Assembly (NCBI GenBank): GCA_035943095.1
Contig: DASZCN010000114.1
Location: 49,170-113,169, forward strand
Reading direction: 5' to 3'
Source of the DNA: Gemmatimonadales bacterium
GTDB lineage: Bacteria > Gemmatimonadota > Gemmatimonadetes > Gemmatimonadales > GWC2-71-9
Length of the DNA: 64,000 bases
A model generated the notes under the pieces. That model was not told the origin of the DNA, made no database searches, and was given only the letters and a program-made list of their open reading frames with translations. Positions 43,453 to 53,175 of this stretch are shown here, in pieces (within the stretch, counting starts at the first letter, position 1; the number at the start of each line of letters is the position of its first letter). A program made the position numbers and the translations under genes.

Positions 43453-46164
43453 TTACCCCGTGGTCCCAAACCCCGCCGCGATGCAATTGATCGACATCAG
43501 GAGCGCGGCCAGGTGGTCCTGGGCCTGTTCCGGCGGCGCGGCGCGATAGCGACGCAGTAGCTCGATCTGCTGGCGGTTCACCTGATTGAGTGTCGGGAGG
43601 CGGCGCGCGAGCCGCTGGCGGAACTGGGGGAATCGCTCGGCGAGCCCCGCGCACCCGGTGAGGCGGCGCACGACGTCCAGCGTGCGATGGTACTCGTCCG
43701 TCACGAGCGTGAAGATTTCCTGGCGCACCCAGGGGTCCGCTACGAGGTCGGCGTACTGGCGGGCCAGCTCGAGATCCACATAGGCGAGCGTCTTTTCGGC
43801 CTCGTCCACGATCAGCCGAAACAGGCGGAAGTCGTTGAACATCCGTTTGAGCAGCGCCTCCCCGCGTGCGCCGCGGACTTCGAGAAAGGTTGCCACACCC
43901 GTTCCGACGCCGAACCACCCGGGAATGAAGTGCCGGTTCTGGGTCCAGGCGAACACCCACGGAATCGCACGCAGATCAGCCAGCGTCCGCACGCCGGTAC
44001 GGCGCGCGGGCCGCGACCCAATGTTCAAGAGCGCGATTTCCTCCACCGGGCTCGCGGCCTGAAAGTATGTCACGAGGTGCGGGTGCTCGACGACGCGGCG
44101 GTAGGCGGCGTGCGCGGCGCCCGACAACGCTTCCATCGCCTCGTCGAACTCGGTGGTGGGGACGAGCGCCTCCTCCCGCTCGGACTTGAGCGAATGCTCG
44201 AGGACGCTCGCCGCCAGGAGCTCGGTCTGGTACGCCGCGGTGCCGCGGTTGGCGTACTTGAATGACACGACCTCGCCCTGCTCGGTGAGGCGCAATCGGC
44301 CCTGGATGGATCCGGCCGGCTGGGCCGCGATCGCGCGTCCCGTGGGCGCGCCTCCCCGGCTGACGGAGCCGCCGCGGCCGTGGAAGAACGCGATCGGCAC
44401 GCCGCACTCCCGTCCCAGGCGTGTGAGTCGGAGCTGCGTCTTGGCAAGCTCCCAGTTAGAAGACAGGAAGCCACCGTCCTTATTCGAGTCCGAGTAGCCG
44501 ATCATCACTTCGAACACTCCGCCCTGCGCCCGGACGCTGCGACGCACGAGCGGCACCTGGAGGAGCTCGCGCATGATGTCGGGCGCCCGGCGCAGATCGT
44601 CGATGGATTCGAACAGTGGGACGATCGGGAGCGTACAGCTCTCCGTGCCCGCCGCGTCTGCGAAGAGGCCTGCGTGCTTGGCCAGGAGGTGGACACCCAG
44701 CACGTCCGCCGCGTCGTGCGTCATGCTGAGGACAAAGCTCCCGATCGCTTCGCGGTCGAGCCGGTCGCGCATCTCATGGATGAGCTGGAAGAGGCCGCAC
44801 AGCTCCGCGGCTTCCGGTGGTGGCGCGGCACGATCTCCCTGCAGGGGGCGGCCCAGCTCGGTCACGAGCCAGGCGCGCCAGGCGGCCGATGTTGGTTCCG
44901 GGAGGGGGGGCTCGCCGGGATGGCGCGCGCGCCACAACGCCGCCAGGGCCGCGGTCACGCGGGGTGAGTTATCCCGTACGTCGAGCCGGAACGTGCTGAA
45001 CCGGAAGGCTTCGACCTCACGGCGCAGCGGCCGCACCAGGAGATTCGCGACGGTGGCACAGCCTGCGGCGATCAGGCCCGCCTCGAGCGTGCGCAAGTCC
45101 GCGACGAGCTCGTCGGCCGTCGCGTACCCGCCGTGACCCGCCTCGCTCGCCAGCGCCTGGTCCAGCCGGCGAAGCATGCAGGTCGCGTATTGCCGGAAGA
45201 CCTCACCCGGGTTGCGCCGCTGGATGCGCTCCGCGTCGCCCGACTCGGCGAGCAGACGGTTCAGCGCGTCACGAAACTGCGGTGCGATCGGCGTCGCCCG
45301 CTCGGTCGGACTCAACGCCCGGAGAAGGTCGCCGAGGCGCTGGCGATACCGCCGCAGGCTGGCCGTCCGGTTTTCCAGCAGCGTGCGGCGCGTGACATCG
45401 TTCGTGACGAAGGGATTGCCGTCCCGGTCGCCACCGATCCACGAGCCGAACTGGAAGAACGGCGGCACGTCGTATTGCTCTTCCGGATAGGCCTGCCGCA
45501 GGGCGCGCTCGAGCTTTTCCACCAGCTCGGGGACGACCTCAAAGAGATTCTCGTTGACGAAGTACAGCCCCCAGGCGAGCTCCTGGTCCACGGTAGGCTT
45601 CTCGAGGCGTAGCTCGCCGCTGAGCCACAACAGCTCGATCTCGGTCCGGAGATTGTCCACGAGGGCGGTGCGCTCCCGCGGGGTCCACCGCGGGGTCTCG
45701 AGATCCACCAATCGCCGATAGATGCGGCGATGCTTCTCGAGCACGGTCACGCGCTTGGCCTCGGTGGGGTGCGCCGTGATCACGGGCCGCACGCGCAGAC
45801 TGGCGACCAAGGCGCGCACTTCTTGCGGTGCGAGGCCCGCCCGTGCGGCGGACGAGACCACGTGTGCGAACGTCCCCCGGACTTGCTCGTGGCCGCGCTC
45901 GACCTCGCTCTGGCGTCGCTGGCGCATCGCGGCGTTCTGCTCCGCGATGGACAGCAGCTGGAACCACATCCCCTGGGCTTGAATGGCTCGAGCCACGAGG
46001 TCGGGTGGCGCGCCCGCATCGAGCGGCTCGCCCTGGAGCACGCGCTCGATCTCCGGATGGTGCGTGCGAATGACGTCGAGAAGGCAATCGTGCAGCAGAC
46101 CCGCCGTGCCTCTCAGGTACTCGGCGGTGTCGACGAGGACGAAGGCAGCCGCGGGTGACGTCAC
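43453..46164 (-). CDS. ppc: phosphoenolpyruvate carboxylase
   Basis: 903 aa with VITAHPTEAKR, GYSDSNKDGG, and a C-terminal ...AAGFGTTG. Confidence 0.95.
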   Translation of the reverse strand: MTSPAAAFVLVDTAEYLRGTAGLLHDCLLDVIRTHHPEIERVLQGEPLDAGAPPDLVARAIQAQGMWFQLLSIAEQNAAMRQRRQSEVERGHEQVRGTFAHVVSSAARAGLAPQEVRALVASLRVRPVITAHPTEAKRVTVLEKHRRIYRRLVDLETPRWTPRERTALVDNLRTEIELLWLSGELRLEKPTVDQELAWGLYFVNENLFEVVPELVEKLERALRQAYPEEQYDVPPFFQFGSWIGGDRDGNPFVTNDVTRRTLLENRTASLRRYRQRLGDLLRALSPTERATPIAPQFRDALNRLLAESGDAERIQRRNPGEVFRQYATCMLRRLDQALASEAGHGGYATADELVADLRTLEAGLIAAGCATVANLLVRPLRREVEAFRFSTFRLDVRDNSPRVTAALAALWRARHPGEPPLPEPTSAAWRAWLVTELGRPLQGDRAAPPPEAAELCGLFQLIHEMRDRLDREAIGSFVLSMTHDAADVLGVHLLAKHAGLFADAAGTESCTLPIVPLFESIDDLRRAPDIMRELLQVPLVRRSVRAQGGVFEVMIGYSDSNKDGGFLSSNWELAKTQLRLTRLGRECGVPIAFFHGRGGSVSRGGAPTGRAIAAQPAGSIQGRLRLTEQGEVVSFKYANRGTAAYQTELLAASVLEHSLKSEREEALVPTTEFDEAMEALSGAAHAAYRRVVEHPHLVTYFQAASPVEEIALLNIGSRPARRTGVRTLADLRAIPWVFAWTQNRHFIPGWFGVGTGVATFLEVRGARGEALLKRMFNDFRLFRLIVDEAEKTLAYVDLELARQYADLVADPWVRQEIFTLVTDEYHRTLDVVRRLTGCAGLAERFPQFRQRLARRLPTLNQVNRQQIELLRRYRAAPPEQAQDHLAALLMSINCIAAGFGTTG

Positions 46165-47147
46165 GCCACGCGGTCGCGTGGAGGCGCGCCCGCGAAGAAG
46201 GTCTTCAAGTTGTCGAGTGCCCGCAGACCCATCGCCACACGGGTCTCCTCGGTCGCGCTCCCCAGGTGAGGGAGCAGCACGACGTTCTCCATCGTCAGGA
46301 GCTCGGGGGACACGGCGGGCTCCCGCTCAAAGACGTCGAGCCCCGCTCCGGCGATCGTGCCCTGCGTGAGCGCCGCCACGAGGGCAGCTTCATCCACGAT
46401 GTCCCCGCGGGCATTGTTGATGAGAAACGCCCCGCGCTTCATCAAGCCGAGCCGTCGGGCGTCGATCAGGTGGCGGGTTTCTGGTGTGGCGGGCGAATGT
46501 AGCGAGACAAAATCCGCCTCCCGCAGCACGTCGTCCACGGTGGCACGTGGCTCCGCCCCCAGCGCCGCTACCACGGTGGGTGGAGGGGCGTAAGGATCGT
46601 GGAAGATCACGCGCATGCCGAAGCCGTGGTGCGCGCGGTGCGCCACCGCGCGGCCAATCCGGCCGAGTCCGATGAGTCCCAGAGTCTTACCGCTCACCCG
46701 GGTGCCGAGCAGGTAGGTCGGTCGCCACCCGGTCCACGCGCCCGCCCGTAACTGACGCTCCCCTTCCCCACCGCGCCGCGCCACCATCAGCATGAGCAAG
46801 ATCGCGTCGTCGGCGGTATCGTCGGTGAGCACGTCGGGCGTGTTGGTCACGACCAACCCGCGGGCCTTCGCGGTCGCGGTTTCGATGTTGTTGAACCCCA
46901 CGCCGTAGTTGGCGATGATGCGGACCTTCAGTGGCTCGACGCTGAGCACCTGCGCCGTGAGCCGGTCGCTGACGGTGGGCACCAGCGCATCGGCGGTCCG
47001 CAACGCCTCGGCGAGCTCCGTAGCGCTGAAGGTATGGTCATCTGCGTTCAACCTGGCGTCGAACGCGTTGATCATCTGCTCCTCCACGGGCCCGGGCAGC
47101 CGGCGGGTGACGACCACCGTCGGGCGCCCGGAGCGTCCCGCGCTCAC
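46161..47147 (-). CDS. D-isomer-specific 2-hydroxyacid dehydrogenase (glyoxylate/hydroxypyruvate reductase type)
   Basis: 328 aa with GLIGLGRIGRAVA, NNARGDIVDE and PHLGSAT. It overlaps both neighbours by 4 nt. Confidence 0.9.
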   Translation of the reverse strand: MSAGRSGRPTVVVTRRLPGPVEEQMINAFDARLNADDHTFSATELAEALRTADALVPTVSDRLTAQVLSVEPLKVRIIANYGVGFNNIETATAKARGLVVTNTPDVLTDDTADDAILLMLMVARRGGEGERQLRAGAWTGWRPTYLLGTRVSGKTLGLIGLGRIGRAVAHRAHHGFGMRVIFHDPYAPPPTVVAALGAEPRATVDDVLREADFVSLHSPATPETRHLIDARRLGLMKRGAFLINNARGDIVDEAALVAALTQGTIAGAGLDVFEREPAVSPELLTMENVVLLPHLGSATEETRVAMGLRALDNLKTFFAGAPPRDRVA

Positions 47148-48058
47148 CGCTCGACCATCACCGGCCGGGACGGCTGCCGCGCGAGGGCGTGCGCCACCGT
47201 GGCTCCGAGCTCGGCAGGGCTGGGTGCCACGGTCAGCCCGGCCGACCGCATGATCTCGGCTTTCTCGGCGGCGGTGTCACCGAACGCGGAAATGATCGCG
47301 CCGGCGTGCCCCATGCGGCGCCCCTTGGGTGCGGTGAGGCCCGCGACGTACCCGATCACCGGCTTGGTCATCTGTTCCTTGACGAACATCGCGGCGTCGG
47401 CCTCCTGAGGACCGCCGATCTCACCGATCATCACCACTGCCTGCGTCTCCGCGTCCTGCTCGAACAGGGCGAGCATATCGACGAAGGAGCTCCCGTTGAT
47501 CGGATCGCCGCCGATCCCGACGCTGGTCGTGATGCCGATGCCCAGCGCCTGCATTTGGGCCGCCGCCTCGTAGCCGAGCGTCCCGGACCGCGTGACGACA
47601 CCGACCGTGCCGCGCGTATAGATGTGTCCCGGCATGATGCCCATCATCGCCTGGCCCGCGCTGATCACTCCGGCGCAGTTCGGCCCAATGAGCGTGGTGC
47701 GCCGGTCCTTGGCGTAGCGCCAGAGATACCGTTTCACACGAATCATGTCCTGCGCGGGCACGCCGTCGGTGATCGTCACCACGAGGCGGAGCCCCGAGTC
47801 CGCCGCCTCCATGATCGCGTCGGCACAGAACGGCGCGGGAACGAGGATGAGGCTCGCGGCGGCGCCGGTGCGCTCCACTGCCTCCTTCACCGTGTTGAAG
47901 ACCGGCCGCCCGAGATGCTCGCCGCCACCCTTGCCTGGCGTCACGCCGCCGACGACGTTCGTCCCGTAGGCGATCATCTCCTTGGCGTGGAAGGTGCCCT
48001 TGTCGCCCGTGAAGCCCTGGACGATGACGCGTGTCTTCTCGTCGAGCAGGATGCTCAT
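47144..48058 (-). CDS. sucD: succinate/malate--CoA ligase alpha subunit (SucD/MtkB family; context suggests malate thiokinase)
   Basis: ATG at 48058 (ATGA) inside track ORF 47144-48259. It has [23 protein letters not shown] and the phospho-His loop [10 protein letters not shown]. Confidence 0.92.
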   Translation of the reverse strand: MSILLDEKTRVIVQGFTGDKGTFHAKEMIAYGTNVVGGVTPGKGGGEHLGRPVFNTVKEAVERTGAAASLILVPAPFCADAIMEAADSGLRLVVTITDGVPAQDMIRVKRYLWRYAKDRRTTLIGPNCAGVISAGQAMMGIMPGHIYTRGTVGVVTRSGTLGYEAAAQMQALGIGITTSVGIGGDPINGSSFVDMLALFEQDAETQAVVMIGEIGGPQEADAAMFVKEQMTKPVIGYVAGLTAPKGRRMGHAGAIISAFGDTAAEKAEIMRSAGLTVAPSPAELGATVAHALARQPSRPVMVER

Positions 48059-49230
48059 GCGGCGAGGCCCGCGTCGCGGGCGGCCACGACACGCTCGGCG
48101 GCTTCCGAGAGCGTGTCCGCCGTGTGGATCGCGAGACCGCTCTCCTTGAGGATGCGGCGTCCCTCTTCGACGTTGGTTCCCGCGAGGCGTACCACCAGCG
48201 GTACGGGCACCCGAACTTCCCGCACCGCCTGCACGACCCCTTGAGCCACCCAGTCGCACCGATTGATTCCCGCGAACACGTTCACGAGGATCGCGCGGAC
48301 GTTCTTGTCGGAGAGAACGAGCCGAAACGCGGCAGCGACGCGATCGGGGCTCGCGCCGCCTCCGATGTCGAGGAAGTTCGCGGGCTCGCCCCCGGCGTGC
48401 TTGATCATGTCCATCGTCGCCATGGCGAGTCCGGCCCCATTGATGATGCAGCCGATGTCGCCCTCCAGCGCCACGTAGTTCAGGCCGTGCTCTGCCGCCT
48501 CCACCTCGCGCGGATCCTCTTGCGCGTAGTCACGCAGCTCGGCCACGTTGGGACGCCGGAACATCGCGTTGTCGTCGAAGCTCATTTTCACGTCGAGGGC
48601 GAGGACCTGGCCCTCCTTGGTGACGACGAGCGGATTGATCTCGACCATGGTCGCGTCGAGCTCGCGAAACGCCTGATAGGCACCGAGGATGGCGGTCACC
48701 GCCTGGCTGACCCGTGCTGGGGCGAGACCCAGGCCGAACCCGAGCTCCCGGGCCTGGAACGCCTGCATCCCGACGGCGGGCTCTACCACCTCGCGCAGGA
48801 TCGCCGCGGGCTCCCGCTGCGCGATCTCTTCGATCTCCATGCCGCCGTGCGGGTGGGCCACGACGACGATGCGCTCGCGCTTGCGGTCGAGCACCAACCC
48901 GACGTATAGCTCGCGTTCGATCGGGAGTGCCTGCTCGACGAGCAGGCGATGGACGGGGAGACCTTCCGGGCCGGTCTGGGTGGTGACGAGCGTCTTGCCG
49001 AGCAGCTCCTTTGCGGCCTGGCGCACGTCGGCGTCGGTCGAGCACAGTCGGATGCCACCTGCCTTGCCACGGGCGCCGGAATGGATCTGCGCCTTCACCA
49101 CCCACCGCAGGCCGCCGATCTCGCTGGCGCGATACACCGCCTGCTCGGCACTGTAAGCGACCCCGCCCTTCGGGACAGGGACCCCGAACCCGGTGAGCAG
49201 CTCCTTGGCCTGGTACTCGTGAATGTCCAC
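48055..49230 (-). CDS. sucC: succinate/malate--CoA ligase beta subunit (SucC/MtkA family; context suggests malate thiokinase)
   Basis: 391 aa with a GTG start. It has [12 protein letters not shown] and an ATP-grasp domain. The segment [14 protein letters not shown] deviates from the E. coli SucC FGGIVRCDLIA. Confidence 0.92.
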   Translation of the reverse strand: MDIHEYQAKELLTGFGVPVPKGGVAYSAEQAVYRASEIGGLRWVVKAQIHSGARGKAGGIRLCSTDADVRQAAKELLGKTLVTTQTGPEGLPVHRLLVEQALPIERELYVGLVLDRKRERIVVVAHPHGGMEIEEIAQREPAAILREVVEPAVGMQAFQARELGFGLGLAPARVSQAVTAILGAYQAFRELDATMVEINPLVVTKEGQVLALDVKMSFDDNAMFRRPNVAELRDYAQEDPREVEAAEHGLNYVALEGDIGCIINGAGLAMATMDMIKHAGGEPANFLDIGGGASPDRVAAAFRLVLSDKNVRAILVNVFAGINRCDWVAQGVVQAVREVRVPVPLVVRLAGTNVEEGRRILKESGLAIHTADTLSEAAERVVAARDAGLAA

Positions 49231-49233
49231 GGG

Positions 49234-50211
49234 CTATGCTCGTGCCGCGGCAAGCGGAGCGGGAGCGCCTTTCGAGCGGGCCGCGATCGCGGAGGCGATC
49301 TGGACGATGTTCTGAGCCATGCGCGCCGAGGCGGCGTCGATCATGCGGCCGTCGAGCTGCGCGGCTCCCCGGCCCGCCCGCGCCGCCTCGTCCAAGGCGA
49401 GGAGGATGCGGCGGGCGCGGTCCACCTCCGCGGGGGGCGGCGTGAACACATCGTTGGCGAGCGGTATCTGCGATGGGTGGATGGCCCACTTCCCCTCGTA
49501 GCCAAGGGCGGCTGCTCGCCGCGCGGCGGCCACGTATCCGTCCGGGTCCTTGAAGTCGCCGTAGGGGCCGTCGATCGGACGCAGGCCGTAGGCACGGCAG
49601 GCGGTTACCATGCGCGCGAGCGCGGCGTGCCATTGATCGCCCGGGTAATCGGGATTCAGCCCGCCAATGCTCACCGTCCGGGCCCGGAGGCTCGCGGCGA
49701 GATCCGCGACGCCGAAGTGCATCGCCTCGAGCCGGCGGCTCGCCTGCGCGATCGCCTCGACGTTGGCCATGCCGAGTGCCGTCTCGATCAGGACGTCGAT
49801 CCCGATGCGGTGGGGGATCTGCCGCGCCGTCTCGATCTGGGTGAGGAGGGCGTCCACGAGATACACGTCGGCAGGGACCCCGACCTTCGGCACGAGGACG
49901 ACGTCGAGCCTGTGGCCCGCCTGCTCGACCACGTCGACCATATCCCGGTACATGTAGTGCGTGTCGATCCCGTTGACGCGAACCGAGACCGTCTTGCCCC
50001 GTCCCTTCCAGTCGTGCTCGAGCAAGCCGGCCACCACGTTCTTCCGGGCCTGCTCCTTGTCGGCGGGCGCGACGGCATCCTCGAGATCGAGAAAGACGTA
50101 GTCGGCCTCCCCGTCCAGCGCCTTCTGGAACATCGCGGGCTGTGAGCCGGGTACTGCGAGCTCGCTGCGCTGCAGCCGGGGATGCGCCGGCTCGTACCGA
50201 GTGAGACTCAT
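49234..50211 (-). CDS. malyl-CoA lyase-like HpcH/CitE family aldolase
   Basis: ATG at 50211 (ATGA) inside track ORF 49234-50613; 325 aa. It has SELAVPGSQPAMFQKA, FLDLEDAVAP, VRVNGIDT..YRD, GKWAIHPSQI..AN.VFTP. It is collinear with Mcl1-type malyl-CoA lyases as I recall them. Confidence 0.85.
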   Translation of the reverse strand: MSLTRYEPAHPRLQRSELAVPGSQPAMFQKALDGEADYVFLDLEDAVAPADKEQARKNVVAGLLEHDWKGRGKTVSVRVNGIDTHYMYRDMVDVVEQAGHRLDVVLVPKVGVPADVYLVDALLTQIETARQIPHRIGIDVLIETALGMANVEAIAQASRRLEAMHFGVADLAASLRARTVSIGGLNPDYPGDQWHAALARMVTACRAYGLRPIDGPYGDFKDPDGYVAAARRAAALGYEGKWAIHPSQIPLANDVFTPPPAEVDRARRILLALDEAARAGRGAAQLDGRMIDAASARMAQNIVQIASAIAARSKGAPAPLAAARA

Positions 50212-51467
50212 GCCCTCACGGCCGCGCGCGGAGTCGCCTTCCCGCCGACCGGCTGCTGCGGGTCGGGCGACTGGGGCGTGGCGGCGCGCCCCGGGAGCGG
50301 GGCGGCCGTGCCGCGATAGTATTCGGCGGCGGCGGCCACACCGCTCCCCGGGGTGACCTGGATGCCGACGTCCCGCATCGCCATTTCCGCGCCGGCGATC
50401 GCGCCGAGCAGCATCAGCTCGTTCAGGTCTCCGAGGTGGCCGATGCGGAACAGCTTGCCCGCCATGCGGGCCAGACCAGCTCCGAGCGCGAGGTTGTAGC
50501 GTCGGTACGCGACGTCGATGACGTCGGCGCCGTTCGCACCCTCCGGGACCAGGATCGCGCTCACCGTGTCCGAATGCCATTTCGGGGCTCGGGCGCAGAG
50601 CTTCAACCCCCACGCGCGCACGGCGGCGCGCACACCCTCGGCCAACCGATGATGGCGGGCGAAGATGGTGTCGAGCCCTTCCTCGAACATGATGGCGAGC
50701 GATTCCCGCAGTCCGTACAGCATGGGGATGGACGGTGTGTAGGGGAAGTAGCCGCTCGCGTTGGCCTTGAGCATGTCACCGAAATCGAAGAACACGCGGG
50801 GGCAGCGGGCGCTCTCACGAGCGGCGAGTGCCTTCGGGCTCGCGCACACGATGCCCAACCCGGCGGGCAGCATGAGCCCCTTCTGAGAACCGGTGATCGC
50901 GAGGTCGACCTTCCATTCGTCCATCCGGAAATCAATGGAGCCGATCGAGCTGACGCCGTCCACATAGAGCAGCGCGGGATGACGCGCGGCGTCCATCGCC
51001 GTTCGCACGGCGCCAATGTCGCTCGTGACACCGGTGGCCGTCTCATTATGCACGATCAGCACGCCCTTGATCTCATGGCTGTTGTCCTGCGACAGGATCT
51101 CACCGATGCGATCGGCCGGAGCACCCTCGCCCCACTCCACGTCGACGATGTCCACGCGCAGGCCGTGGCGCTGCGCCAAGTCGATCCAGAGATGACTGAA
51201 CTGACCGTACCGCGGGGCGAGCACCCGGTCCCCCGGGGAGAGCGTGTTGACGAGGGCCGCTTCCCACCCGCCCGTGCCGGTGGCCGGGAAGATGAAGGCC
51301 TGCCCTGTCGCGGTCTGGAAGACGCGCTTCAAGTCCCGAAATAGTGGAACAGCGAGCTCGGGAAACGCGGACGAGCGGTGATCCTCCATGGCGCGATTCA
51401 TCGCGCGCAGGATTCGCTCGGGCACGTTGGTGGGGCCAGGGACGAACAGGAAATTGCGGCCGGGCAT
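50208..51467 (-). CDS. class V aminotransferase, serine--glyoxylate / alanine--glyoxylate aminotransferase type
   Basis: ATG at 51467 inside track ORF 50208-51938. It has NFLFVPGPTNVPERIL, HNETATGV and the PLP-Lys motif ITGSQKGLMLPAGLG. There is a roughly 30-aa Pro/Ala tail. Confidence 0.88.
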   Translation of the reverse strand: MPGRNFLFVPGPTNVPERILRAMNRAMEDHRSSAFPELAVPLFRDLKRVFQTATGQAFIFPATGTGGWEAALVNTLSPGDRVLAPRYGQFSHLWIDLAQRHGLRVDIVDVEWGEGAPADRIGEILSQDNSHEIKGVLIVHNETATGVTSDIGAVRTAMDAARHPALLYVDGVSSIGSIDFRMDEWKVDLAITGSQKGLMLPAGLGIVCASPKALAARESARCPRVFFDFGDMLKANASGYFPYTPSIPMLYGLRESLAIMFEEGLDTIFARHHRLAEGVRAAVRAWGLKLCARAPKWHSDTVSAILVPEGANGADVIDVAYRRYNLALGAGLARMAGKLFRIGHLGDLNELMLLGAIAGAEMAMRDVGIQVTPGSGVAAAAEYYRGTAAPLPGRAATPQSPDPQQPVGGKATPRAAVRA

Positions 51468-51487
51468 AAGACACGTCCTCGAGAAAG

Positions 51488-51522
51488 GAGAAAAACAAAG
51501 CGAGAACCGCCGGCTCTCGCTT
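51488..51522 (-). terminator. rho-independent terminator after recQ
   Basis: On the minus strand the stem aagcgaga/tctcgctt (8 bp, 9-nt loop) is followed by TTGTTTTTCTCC. It sits in an AT-richer patch between recQ and the aminotransferase. Confidence 0.65.
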
Positions 51523-51615
51523 AAGCTACTCGCGCTAACGTATTCCGCGACCCCGACGCCGCAACCACACGGATGGGTAGGAATCGCCCCGCCTAAGTTG
51601 AGGGGCAACAACTCA

Positions 51616-52776
51616 CTATCCGCACACGTCACAGCCAGCGCAGCCGGTGGCGCGCTCCCCGAAATACGCGAGCAGCGCGCCACGCCGGCACGCGCGGCTC
51701 TCCACGTAGCGGCGCATCTCCGTCGCGTGGTCACCCCACTCGAAGTCGGTCCGGCGCCACAGGACCACGCACTCGGCCTCGCGGCCGTCTCGGCCGGCCC
51801 GCCCCGCCTCCTGATAGTAGGACTCGAGCGTACGCGGCGGTCCCCAATGGAGCACGCGACGCACGTCGGCCTTGTCGATGCCCATGCCGAACGCGCTCGT
51901 CGCGACCACGACCGGGGCCCGGTCGGCGAGAAACGCACGCAGCACCCGCCGGCGGGTCGCCGCGCTCAAGCCTGCATGATATGGAGCAGCGCGAACTCCC
52001 ATCCGCAACAAGGCCCGCGTGACGACCTCGGTCAAGCGGCGGGTCGGCGTGTACACGATGACGGAGCCGTCCACGACGCGAAGCAGCTCCCGGATGCGGG
52101 CGAATCGCTCGTGGTCGTGCCGCACCTCCTCGACCCGAAATCGGAGGTTCGGGCGATCGAACGAGGTCACGACCACCTCGGCGTCGGGCATGCGGAGGAC
52201 CCGGAGAATTTCGGCTCGGGTGGGCGGTGTCGCGCTGCCCGTGAGCGCGATCGTCACCGGGTCGCCGAGCAGGTAGCGAGAGCGGTCCAGTCGGCGATAG
52301 ACCGGCCGGAATTCGTTCCCCCACTCGACAATGCAGTGCGCCTCGTCCACCGCGAGCAGCGACACGGCTCGACCGGCGTGGGTGAGCCGCCGCACGAGGC
52401 TGTCCAGTCGCTCGGGCGCACAGTAGAGCAGCGTGAGACTTCCCGAGAGCGTGGCCTCGAGAATCGCGCGGCGGTCCTCGGGCGCGAGCAAGCTGTTCAG
52501 GAACGCCGCCGCGATACCTCGTCGCCTGAGAGCACCTACCTGGTCCTGCATGAGTGAGATCAGCGGTGAGATGACGAGCGTGAGCCCGCCCGCCATCAGC
52601 GCGGGGAGCTGGTAGCAAAGAGACTTACCCGCTCCAGTGGGAAGCACCGCCAGGACACTCCGACCCGCGAGGAGCGGTCCCACCACCTTGAGCTGATGGA
52701 CCCGAAACGTGGCGTGCCCGAACCGCTCACTCAGGAGCACGCGCGCGCGAGCGAATCCGCCGCTGAACGGGGACAT
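51616..52776 (-). CDS. recQ: RecQ-family ATP-dependent DNA helicase, minimal core (no WH/HRDC)
   Basis: 386 aa with LPTGAGKSLCYQLPAL, DEAHC and the zinc motif C-x17-CAGCDVC. The protein ends one residue after the last Cys. Confidence 0.9.
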   Translation of the reverse strand: MSPFSGGFARARVLLSERFGHATFRVHQLKVVGPLLAGRSVLAVLPTGAGKSLCYQLPALMAGGLTLVISPLISLMQDQVGALRRRGIAAAFLNSLLAPEDRRAILEATLSGSLTLLYCAPERLDSLVRRLTHAGRAVSLLAVDEAHCIVEWGNEFRPVYRRLDRSRYLLGDPVTIALTGSATPPTRAEILRVLRMPDAEVVVTSFDRPNLRFRVEEVRHDHERFARIRELLRVVDGSVIVYTPTRRLTEVVTRALLRMGVRAAPYHAGLSAATRRRVLRAFLADRAPVVVATSAFGMGIDKADVRRVLHWGPPRTLESYYQEAGRAGRDGREAECVVLWRRTDFEWGDHATEMRRYVESRACRRGALLAYFGERATGCAGCDVCG

Positions 52777-52851
52777 GGAGCCTAAAGAAAACGGGCCCCG
52801 GCGAAAGGACGGGGCCCGAACTATGCGGAAGCGAACGAATCTATGCGGGAC

Positions 52852-53175
52852 CTAGGCGCGGTCGCTCCAGTCCACGGCGTAGGAGTTGCCGCACTCGTGG
52901 CACTTCACTTCCTTCGGCTGCCCTCCGACGTGCTGGCGCTTGTGACACCCGGGACAGACCAGATGGGGCTCGTGGACCACGCTCCATGATTTGGGGCGAT
53001 CCTTGCGGACTTCGAGGCTCTCTTTGGGAACGCGGAGCTCCACGTGGTGCACCTCGAGCACCACCCACGGTTGCCCGGACTCCTCCACGATGCGATACCA
53101 AGCGCCGCGGCGGAGGCCTTCCTTCTCTGCGCGATCTCCGCGGCTCCGTGCCCATCCGCTGTCGGTCCGACTCAT
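52852..53175 (-). CDS. small 'WAR-RRGAWYR' + zinc-ribbon protein, paralogue 3 (unknown function)
   Basis: 107 aa with GWARS, GLRRGAWYRIV, PKSWSVV and LVCPGCHKRQH-x8-CHECG...VDWSDRA. Confidence 0.8.
   Translation of the reverse strand: MSRTDSGWARSRGDRAEKEGLRRGAWYRIVEESGQPWVVLEVHHVELRVPKESLEVRKDRPKSWSVVHEPHLVCPGCHKRQHVGGQPKEVKCHECGNSYAVDWSDRA

Noticed and set aside
47144-49230. Annotating the CoA ligase simply as TCA-cycle succinyl-CoA synthetase
   Set aside because: This is not rejected outright, because the family assignment is certain. However, the operon partners (malyl-CoA-lyase-like, glyoxylate aminotransferase, hydroxypyruvate reductase, ppc) and the deviant [10 protein letters not shown] loop make a plain sucCD call doubtful, so substrate specificity is left open.
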